A DNA stretch of 64,000 nucleotides from Octopus sinensis (taxonomy: Eukaryota). The DNA lies in NCBI RefSeq assembly GCF_006345805.1, contig NC_043008.1, positions 61,442,001 through 61,506,000 of the forward strand, given 5' to 3'. Positions 53,483 to 64,000 of the stretch are shown here, piece after piece (position 1 is the first letter of the stretch; each line of letters opens with the position of its first letter). The translations under genes and the position numbers were made by a program. A model generated the notes under the pieces. It did no database searches. It worked only from the letters and a program-made list of their open reading frames with translations, and was not told where the DNA came from.

Positions 53483-53483
<1 letters not shown>
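51369..53483. mobile_element. Pseudo-LTR-like element: inverted arms of about 190 bp around about 1.7 kb of CA/TA-rich low-complexity DNA
   Basis: 51369-51557 is the reverse complement of 53229-53413 apart from small indels; both arms carry the HHR motif. Confidence 0.75.
51385..51439 (-). ncRNA. Type I hammerhead ribozyme (C3-G8 core)
   Basis: AGCTTC-CTGAAGA-T(TTC tctgaat GAA)T-GAAA-CAGG tactagt CCTG-TA-GAAGCT, with AATAAA shortly after. Stem II is weak. Confidence 0.7.
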
Positions 53484-53571
<88 letters not shown>

Positions 53572-54601
53572 TATATATATATATATATATTATATATATA
53601 ATATATATATATAAATATATATATGTATATATATACATACAGAGAGAGAGAGAGATGAATAGATAGATTCATACATTTAAATATACATGTATACACGTAC
53701 ACAAACACACACTTTTATGCATTACATATTTTTTTCGTATCTGTGTCTTGAAATTTTCTTTTAACATAAATTATTTAAAACATTTTTTCACACGTATTCT
53801 TACGAAGACGTTCATACAAATAACATGCAAATATCGATACCCATTTAATACATTCCATACCCCCAACCGATTTCCCCACCAAATTCCAATCGAACTACAT
53901 ATATTTAAAAGTACATATAAATATAACTCAGGCAACAGTATTAACACCTAGCGTTTAATGTATCGCTTTTCAACAGTGTAAATATTTAAAGAACAACTAT
54001 TACTTGCAGGAACATTTTACATAGCAAAATTAATAATAAAAGCAAATTTATAAATTGATGATGTTAAAAGTAACACGGTACTTCACAAATTTTTTTGGGT
54101 TTATGTTTTGTTTAAAAGAAAACAGAATCTATAAACGAAGAGAAAACTTACACGATACTACAACCTAAAGCACAATATTCGTATGAAATTAATTTAGTCA
54201 TACAAACATAACATTATTATACCATATGAAATTATATGATTCACAAAACTTGAGGCTACATACCAAAAATTAACTGGGAATGAATAAAATATGTATGAAT
54301 AAAAGAAGATACAAATATCAAAAAAAAAAAAACAAGCTGAATATATTCACAGAATACGGTTTCTAATGATAGAATTTATCATTTCATATCATCCTTTCGC
54401 GAATTCCTACCAGTTTACTTTAAGGTTTCTAGGAATACGGAGAGAAAAAAATGCTATAAGTAAACACAAGTATAAATACACAGGAACGTATGCACACGCT
54501 CGACTAACATCACGAACACAGACACACGAAAACAAAAAAAAAAACAGATTGCACGCTCACACACAAACACACTCACATAGAAACCCGCACACATAATATG
54601 A

Positions 54602-54642
<41 letters not shown>

Positions 54643-54749
54643 TATATACATATATATATATACGTATATATATGTTATCTATGTATACTTGTGTGTGCAT
54701 GTGTGTGCGTGTAATGCCTCTGTCTCTTTCTCCCTCTCTCTTTCGCTAC

Positions 54750-54781
<32 letters not shown>

Positions 54782-54795
54782 CTTTACATATTCCC

Positions 54796-55088
54796 TTTTT
54801 AGTTTTACATTTGTTTCAATCATTTAACTGCAGCCATGCTAGTGCATCGCCTTTATTCGAACAAATCGAATCCAGGACTTATTCTATCAGTCTCTATTTG
54901 CCGAATCGCTGAGTCACGAGGACATAAACACACTATTATATGTGGTCAATGGAAGCTGGAGTACAAACACAGACATACAAACACACACACACACATTCAC
55001 AAATATTTACGACAGGCTTATTTCAGTTTCCATCAATGAAATCCACTCACAATGATTTGATCGGCTCGAGGGTATAGTAAATGACACA
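54796..55088 (-). mobile_element. SINE family A, diverged
   Basis: ttgtttcaatcatttaactgcagccatgct...cgacaggcttatttcagtttccatc...tccactcacaa. Confidence 0.75.
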
Positions 55089-55089
55089 T

Positions 55090-55322
55090 GCAATAACAAT
55101 ACAAAATACAAAATGGCTGATCGTTAGTAAGGAGAGACACACAAATAAGAAAGAAGAAAGCAAAAGACCACTGATGTGGTCACAGAGGTGTGACAAAAGA
55201 AATCTGGCCGAAATAAGATTAAGATTAATGTAAAAAATAAAGCTGAAGCACATTAAGACCAAATATATAGTGCCTGTGTTTTTCTAAACTGGCAACATGA
55301 CCATCCCTAAATGCAACAATAA
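55090..55322 (+). mobile_element. Family X pseudo-LTR-like element with decayed HHR
   Basis: Similar to 24850-24985; GACCA-CTGATGT-GGTCAC..GTGAC-AAAA-GAAA-TC-TGGCC at 55166-55209. Confidence 0.55.
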
Positions 55323-55331
55323 TATATATAT

Positions 55332-55407
<76 letters not shown>

Positions 55408-55418
55408 GTATGTATATA

Positions 55419-55479
<61 letters not shown>

Positions 55480-55521
55480 ATATATATATAATATATATAT
55501 ATATAATATATATATATATAT

Positions 55522-56380
55522 ATCCTGATCAATAAGTATCCGGAATGATAACAGAGTAATAACGCAAAAACATGCAGAGTAAAGTTTCTTGGCACAAATT
55601 GACCGTAAACTCTGCTATGCATGCACACTAAGTCTTAACGCTGTAGCTCACGTCTGCCGTTTACAGCAGTGCTTGGAAGGAAGGTATGTAGCGTATCATC
55701 GTCGTATTGATAATAACAGAGTAAGTTGACCAGAGAATCTGTATCAAATTTTGCTAAAAACTTCGCGATACCCGGTCAGAGGCCTACACAAAATTTTCAA
55801 AAAGTTTTCATCGTCCTTGACACATTCAAGGACATGTTCTGCAACTGAAACCGGAGTCTGCTTTTGGGTTGTTGAAAGCAATTTTGCCACAAACTTGGCA
55901 GACATGCGTTCCATACCCAAATCTTTAGTGATAATGGACTGAAGTGAATTGTAACTAATCTTCACATCATCTGATTACTCACGGATGGTGATTCGACGAT
56001 TTTCCCTCAGAGCTGTACGAACCTCTGCGATGCTTTTCTCAGTCCTGCTGGTTGCAAATCTGTCAGAACATTCGTTACTATCGACATTTTTCGGCTATCT
56101 TGAAAATAGTATGCATCACGCGTATACTCATGTGCGGTCATACGCTCCTCTCCATACTTGTGCTTCAGCTTTGCGAAGGCCTCTGAGAAGGTATCGCCAT
56201 GACAACTTTCTCTGTCATGGTCAATGTGGTAATCACACGCTACACACGTTCCTTCAAAGCAGCGGAAGTGAAGTAGAACGTTAAAACTTAGTGGACATAC
56301 ACAGTAATTAAGGTAAATCGTTGCTAAATGGCTTCTTTTCTATGTCAACAGCCCGGATACTTACTGATTAGACCTGGTTT
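55522..56380. mobile_element. Rearranged mariner derivative made of two inverted 5' ends
   Basis: TIRs ctgatcaataagtatccgga and ccggatacttactgattag. Transposase start (DQRICIKFC) on the plus strand; start plus HTH/linker (DLGMERMSAKFVAKLL) on the minus strand. Confidence 0.75.
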
Positions 56381-56431
56381 ATATACATGTAAACTAGGTC
56401 TGATCAATAAGTATATATGTAAATATGTGTG

Positions 56432-56462
<31 letters not shown>

Positions 56463-56468
56463 GTGTTG

Positions 56469-56562
<94 letters not shown>

Positions 56563-56564
56563 AG

Positions 56565-56601
<37 letters not shown>

Positions 56602-56638
56602 TATGTACATATATATACACACATATATATGTTTGTGT

Positions 56639-56890
56639 GGAGGCGCGTGGCTTAGTGTTTAGGGTGTCAGCACCATGATCGTAAGATTGTGGTTTCGATT
56701 CCTGGACTGGGCGACGCGTTGTGTTCTTGAACAAAGCACTTCATTTTCCCGTTACTCCAATCCACATAGCTGGCAAAAATGAGTAACGCTGCAATGGACT
56801 GGCATCCCGTCCAGCTGGGGAACACATACGCCATATAAATCGGGAAACCGGGCCCGTGAGCCTGGCTAGGCTGTAAAAGGGTGCATTTAT
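56639..56890 (+). mobile_element. tRNA-derived SINE related to family C, with a different tail
   Basis: ggcgcgtggcttagtg...ggtttcgattcc head, gtgttcttgaacaaagcacttc domain, tail gcaatggactggcatcccgtccag. Confidence 0.8.
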
Positions 56891-56967
56891 TATATATATA
56901 TATATATATTACGGAGATGTACTCGCATAGCAAGTAATTTGATCTGAGATCGTGTGCTGAAACGAAA

Positions 56968-57359
<392 letters not shown>

Positions 57360-58346
57360 ATATCTACAGAGAGAGAAGGAGAGAGTGACAGACAGAGAGA
57401 AATAGACAAACAAACAGAGAAATAGAAAGACAGATAGTTAGGGAGATAGATAGATACGTAGATAGACAGATATAAAGACGGACAGATATTGCATACCTAC
57501 TTAGACTCAAGCTCACATTAGCTTTACTTGTACGACGCCGAAAGTGAGACCTTTAACAAAACACTGTCTTTCTTCGTCTCAATGCATATTTTATGTACCT
57601 GATCCAGTATGAGCACCACCATTACTATCTATCATGCATCTTTTGTCTTTACGCGTTCTTATTCATTATACAAGTGGATGTGTGTGTGCGCGTGTGCATG
57701 CATGTATCTATGCATGTATAGCAACGATATGAAAGTAATTTATACGCATGCACACTGATAAACGTCTGTGTGCATTTATATACATATCTAATTCCCAGTA
57801 AATATATCTCTAAATTTTATGCTCACACATTTGTTTGCACACGTACCTTCAAATCGGAATGCTTCCAACTACGTTGTTGTCCGATTTTACAGTTATCTTT
57901 GTAGTTTCTACTCATAAGCTTTTTGATCACTTTTCAAAGAACGCCACACAGCTGCAAACTCCCAACGTAACCGGCTGCGTCAGCGTTACGGTAGTAAATA
58001 CACACACTGGAATACAGTAGCTTCATCTCTCACATGAATATTTTTACACGTCCAGGGAAAATATTACCAATGATAGCCAGTTTATTACATATCTCAAGCA
58101 ATATTCATGCTTTCTAACTCCCAATTATTTAAACAAGACACAATCAGTAAAGTTGGTACCTACAAAACTACCCACCAAGGATCTTACCTACCTCCCCGAC
58201 TCTCTGTCTCTGTGTATGTGTCTATTGAGCAATCCTTCAACCTCTCATTCTATACAGACGCACACACATCAACACTTCACACACACAAACACATACACAT
58301 AAATATATAGACATATATGTGTAGTTATAAATATATATACATACAT

Positions 58347-58440
<94 letters not shown>

Positions 58441-59289
58441 TATATGTGGTATATGATATATGTATAGATATGCATATATATATACATACACTATATTATT
58501 AAAAACTGCAAAAACATCACATAAAACACTGCTATGATATTTTGTGATGCTTTTGTTTTGCAGCTTTTATATGAAGCATATTAATCTAACTCCGGTTTTA
58601 GAGTAGTATATTTTCTTACCTTGTTTCACATTTATGTGCTTACTCTGGTACTTTGGTGTATGTATATATATATAATGAGTTATTTGTAAATTCATTCATT
58701 ACCACATTTGCAAAGATTAAACGAATAATCGGATGGATGAGAAAAAGTATTGCAAGCAGAAAACATTAAGTAAATCTACGCAAATTAATGGAAAACGATC
58801 TGATCGAATAACGATCAGGTCCCCAAGACCGAACATACAAAATTAACAAAGCTACACGCACAAAAGAAAAGTCAATTCACAAAAGAAAACTCAATGCACA
58901 AAAGCAAAATATACAAGCATAAAGTAAACAGCCAATGAAAAGATAATGACGAAAGAAAATATTAGGGCAACTTACATCGATTGCGCAATAACTACAAATG
59001 ATAGTGATAACCTACTCATTAACACATACGCAAAGCTGCAAACTTAATTGAAAATAATATATCACAAAAGAACAAATTAAGTCATAAAATATGTGAGTGA
59101 AACATTGTAATGAGTATAAAGGAGTTATTAGTACAAAGTCTTGTACACTGATCGAACATAATTCAAACAGAAAGTAAAAATAACCATGAAACGATAGAAA
59201 AATATGTCTGGAATTTGTGAATAATAATACAATTAGACCGTTTGTGTATACCTTCCAGTGAGTGGAAGTGAAATACATTCATACAAAAA

Positions 59290-59952
59290 CTAGCATCATA
59301 GTCCGGCGTTGCTTGGGTATGTAAGAGCCCCTAGTAGGCAACGACTAATCCCAATCTAGTCCTTTCCCTCTAGGGAACGAAGGCGCATGTGTAGGTTGCA
59401 ATGTCTTCTCTTCACTCCCAAATAACTATCAAACAGCTATCGATAATTCAACCCAACCAATTTTTGACGTACCCCAAGGTTCCTCGAACGCTACTTGCAA
59501 ACTCTTGGTTTATTATAAACCGCTTTTGTCGTGTGCATCAAAAAACCTTTTCCATTCGTTTGTTTAGTTTGGTCACTTTTGACTTTTTCGTTGTTGTCAC
59601 TCACATTGCTGCCCGCTTTTTTGCCGTTTTTGTACATTTTTATACATTTTGGGATACTTACCCCACGTGTTCCGAGAGTTAAAAAGGTCGAGTTGCATCC
59701 CCTGGACAGTCTGTAGAAAATGTGTTGCATATAAAAAGCTTAGATTCTCGACCCATGTCGAATTTATCGATTTTTTTTCAGAACTGGGGAACTTTTTAAA
59801 ATTTTCGCTGCGTTAGTTTTGAATTATGACATTGGGCTATGTGTGTGTCAAGTTTCATCAGAATCGGTTGAAAGCCGTGGTCAAGGTGACGGTACAACCT
59901 GACAGACACACAGACACACAGACAGACAAACTGCCGTTTATATATAGAGAGA
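59290..59952 (-). mobile_element. Complete non-autonomous Helitron
   Basis: Minus strand starts TC (tctctctatatataaa plus CTGT repeats) and ends with an imperfect GC hairpin (cccaagcaacgccgg) and CTAG; inserted between A and T with no TSD. Confidence 0.85.
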
Positions 59953-61189
59953 TAATGGATTTTGCTCCGTGCCAAATGTGAGTGTAGGAAAACTGGGTTT
60001 AGTATTGATACAGCAAAATTTCACCAGAACTTGACCAAGGTAGAGGCAATGAAGGCGCGCGCATATGGTAAGCCAAATCTTACATCACACCAAGAATAGG
60101 TAACTAGCTAACCATCCTGACATTGCGTCACAACTTATCTTTTTGCATAATGGATGAAATTATGTCAGAGAATTTTAAATGTGAAGTGAGCACTGCTGTA
60201 ATATGTATTACCATATATTAATGGAACTTGAGCAAACGAATAACAACAGCAACAAATGTAAGCGTGTGAATATATACTACGCAAGTTCAAGAGAGAACAA
60301 AGTACCGATATTTATTTGGTGAAATAGAAAGAGAAAATCGGGTGTCAAGAGCAGAGAATTTATCTAAATTCTAGTATAATTTTGAAACTTTAATTTTATG
60401 AAATGTACTGAATGGAGAAATATATAAATAACAATATCGAATATATAATTATGGAAAGAAATAAATTGTAGATGTTCATTCCGGTGGAATCGGAGATATA
60501 GAGTAAGTGATAAGCCTAACTATAAGATCATCTTACAGAAATTCTCCGGAAAGTACATACATTAAAAGTGAAGGGGAGAACAAGGAAGAACTAAATATAG
60601 GAGTGAATAGACGATTCGTACCTTAGATTACTGAATATTGCAGCCACAACGAAATCCGTATATAATGGAAACTGTGCCAAAAATTAAATTTCTAATTTGA
60701 ACTAATGATGAGGTTAGAATTAAAATATTACAGCTTACCAGGCAGACAAATGAAACCAGCTCTCACTTATTAAGGTCTCCCATACATTTCTTCCACTAAC
60801 AAAACACCAATATTTTTGCTTGTACATGTTTCCCTTATCCTTCTACATGCTGCAGTTAAATTTGACGCCAAATCTACTTCGACATTGAGTAAAATAAAGA
60901 CCGCTTGGGATAAGTTACGCCGATAAAATGGGTGTGATTTCAATAAGTGGAACATCCTTCAGCATGGATCTGCTCAGTTATGACTAATATAGCTCTGAAA
61001 ATAAAGGAATGTGTGAATTGTTTTGTGTTTTTTTTAATAAACAATTTAAAAAACCCTGTTATCTATAAATTTTAACATGCCATTTTTCTCTATGGGAAAC
61101 AATATTTTTCCAATGACGCAGGAATGGCGATGCATGAATATAAAGACCTATAAATGATCTCCGCAGTGACTTAAAGGAATAAAAAAGAT

Positions 61190-61400
61190 AAACTACCGGT
61201 GGGAAAGATCAATAACGGAACGCCTCCGACAGCATAGATGCTTTCCAACAGAGAGAATATATAACATTAAAACTGCATATAAATTTGACATGTCAACAAG
61301 GAAATCACACTGCAATATAAAATAGCGTTCAAAACAAAACACAATCCATCCTTGTAAGAGGAAACGAGATTTTGATTATAATCCTTAAAAGGTTGAATCC
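61190..61400 (+). pseudogene. Possible Penelope GIY-YIG endonuclease remnant
   Basis: Short peptide RSITERLRQHR resembles the GIY-YIG Arg helix (TGRSLKERLKEH). Surrounding sequence is too decayed to confirm. Confidence 0.25.
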
Positions 61401-62890
61401 GTTGGGAAAGATTCAACAATATATATTGTATGCAATTTCAAGTTCAACCATCTTAAAAACAATAAAACCTCGTTCATCATATATTGCATTGAAATTACAT
61501 GAAGACTGCCACCGGCCTTCGTAGAAGAGTGAGTATTAAAATTGATATATAACATGTTTGAATTTTAGGGAAGATGGTCATGTGTGGAATGCCATTTATA
61601 ATATAGATGCTCAGTTTAGTGAAGAATTATTCTAAAAACATCAGCATCTATACTATGAAGTAAGGACAAAGCATAATTCTTACCAAAGAAAGATTTAAAA
61701 CGAATATCATGACGCATTTGAAATGCGGAATACTGATAGTACAACAAATTATGAAACAGCAGCGACATGAAATTCATTAGTAGATTCGATGAATTAGCGA
61801 AAACTATTCAATTATACGAAAGAAAGTAAAACAAATATTACTGTTTGCAGAAATATTGTACTTGATTTATTCATGGAGATAGCAATTAATCGAATTTTGG
61901 TACTTTGTACAATGTTGAATATTCAAATGAGAATGGCTCCGGCTTATAAACCATCTAGAACACGCAAAAATTATATTTCGGTTTTATGAGAGCTCTTCAA
62001 CAAAGCGATTTTTACGAATGGAGAAGAAAAAATATATCACATTAGATTTAAACATAGAAATGAGAAGAATTAACAAACAAGAAGCTGAATATAACTTAGT
62101 ATTTAAAATACAGAAGAATGTGATAAAGAATGGATCATAAAGGAGAAAATAGTAAAATATTATCAAATAATATTTGATCTAATTTTTGTGATTGAACACA
62201 TTACCAAAAACAGATATTTAGTTCCTAGCGCACTTGTTACGCTTGTCATAAAATACAGTAACTCATTCTAGAGTTTAAAATGGAAATTGGGAAAACTTTC
62301 TCTAGATTGAAGCTACGGAAGTCGCTTACAATAAATCACTATCACATAATGAAGTGAATATAATCAATTGGTACACGTGTACTCGCACCAAAGAAACTGG
62401 CTGTCTTCTAGGACACATATATAGAACTATCACCCTATTGTCGTTATCACCTACCATATAATCTCCATCAAAATTAATAACAAAACAAATAGTGGTAGTA
62501 GTAGGTTGGTAGAGATGGTAGTTGTGGTGGTGATGGTATCAGTCGTATTAATATTAGTAGCAGCAGGGGTGGTGGTGGTGGTGGTGGTGGTGCTGACAGC
62601 GGCAATAGATGTTACTTTTATAACGTTTTTATATCTCATAGAAGGTATCTCATTCATATTTTGTTATTTAATTAACGATACTAATTCATCTACAAAATGA
62701 AACCACCTCGTGAAAAACGGACGTTAAAAAAGGAATAAGAGAAAACAGTAACAACAAATAATGATGTACAGAAATTCATATATTTCAATGAAGCAAACAA
62801 GATAATGAATTATAAAGCAAATAACAAGACGTATTCATACACACATTGTACATACATTTCTTTCAGTCTATCTCTCTCTCACACACACTC

Positions 62891-63312
62891 TGTTTCTTAT
62901 TTTTTATTGCCCACAAGGGGATAAACATAGAAGGGATAAACAAAGACAGACAAACGGATTAAGTTGAATATATCGACCCCAGTGCGTAACTGGTACTTAA
63001 TTTATCGACCCCAAAAGGATGAAAGCCAAAGTCGACCTCGGCGGAATTTGAACTCAGAACGTAACGGCAGACGAAATACCTGTTTCTTTATTACCCACAA
63101 TGGGCTAAACATAGAGGGGACAAACAAAGACAAACAGACGGATTAAGTTGAATACATAGACCCCAGTGCGTAACTGGTACTTAATTTGTCGACCCCGAAA
63201 TGATGAAAGGCAAAATCGACCCCGGCGGAATTTGAACTCAGAACATAACGGCAGACGAAATAACGCTAAGCATTTCGCCCGGCATGGAACCATTCTGATA
63301 GCTCGCCGCCTT
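62891..63312 (-). mobile_element. SINE family D with tandem duplication of its 3' 190 bp or so
   Basis: 62891-63080 and 63081-63262 repeat tgtttctt...cccacaa...gaccccagtgcgtaactggtac...ggaatttgaactcagaac. Confidence 0.85.
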
Positions 63313-63373
63313 ATGCCAGCTCTCACTCACACTCTGTTTCTGTCTCTGTCTCTGTCTGTCTGCATGTTTGACA

Positions 63374-63404
<31 letters not shown>

Positions 63405-63421
63405 TTCTCTCTCTCTCTCTT

Positions 63422-63585
63422 ATTTATTACTTGCTTCATTAATTAGGATGAGGTCATGTTAGGGCACCGCCTTGAAGAATGTTTCAGTGAAATGGATCGA
63501 TCCTAGTATTTATTTCTGTAAAGCCAAGTACTTATTCAATCGGTGTCATTCGCCGAACTGCTGCAATACGTTGACATAAATACGA
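63422..63585 (-). mobile_element. SINE family A, 3' half, diverged
   Basis: ttacttgcttcatt...gcaccgccttgaag...agtacttattcaatcggt. Confidence 0.7.
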
Positions 63586-63660
63586 GTACATGTTTATATA
63601 TACATGCATATATGTATGTGTGTATATTTATATACATAGATGTGAGTATATTTATATATA

Positions 63661-64000
63661 TGAGTGGCTGTATGGTAAGTAGCTTGCTAACCAACGACAT
63701 GGTTCCGGGTTCAGTCCCACTGCGTGGCATCTTGGGCAAGTGTCTTCTGCTATAGCCCCGGGCCGAATAATGCCTTGTGAGTTGATTTGGTAGACGGAAA
63801 CTGAAAAAGCCTGTCGTATATATGTATATATATATATATGTATGTGTGTGTTTGTGTGTCTGTGTTTGTCCCCCTAGCATTGCTTGACAACCGATGCTGG
63901 TGTGTTTACGTCCCAGTCACTTAGCGGTTCGGCAAAAGAGACCGATAGAATAAGTACTGGGCTTACAACGAATAAGTCCCGGTGTCGATTTTCTCGACTA
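63661..64000 (+). mobile_element. SINE family A, running off the window end
   Basis: gagtggctgtatggtaagtagcttgc...gggttcagtcccactgcgtggc...gaccgatagaataagtactgg. Confidence 0.9.

Overview
AT-rich, repeat-dense eukaryotic (metazoan) DNA with essentially no intact protein-coding content. The (TA)n/(CA)n/(AAT)n/(ATC)n microsatellite load and the tRNA-derived SINE families suggest a coleoid cephalopod such as Octopus (inference, not verified). Nearly all ORFs in the track are microsatellite read-through. Recognisable content: many SINE copies from about four families, decayed transposons (three Tc1/mariner derivatives, one mariner MITE, Helitron pieces, RTE/BovB and CR1-type LINE 3' fragments, a probable hAT remnant) and perhaps two small terminal exons at the left edge. 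The most striking signal is a dozen or so short non-coding elements, mostly embedded in microsatellites, that carry minimal type I hammerhead-ribozyme (HHR) motifs and occur as inverted or tandem copies, like Penelope pseudo-LTRs or retrozymes. Their catalytic cores show three versions of the tertiary 3-8 base pair (C3-G8, U3-A8, G3-C8), and one sits on both arms of a near-perfect 139-bp palindrome. All calls were made by eye; no alignment or folding was run.
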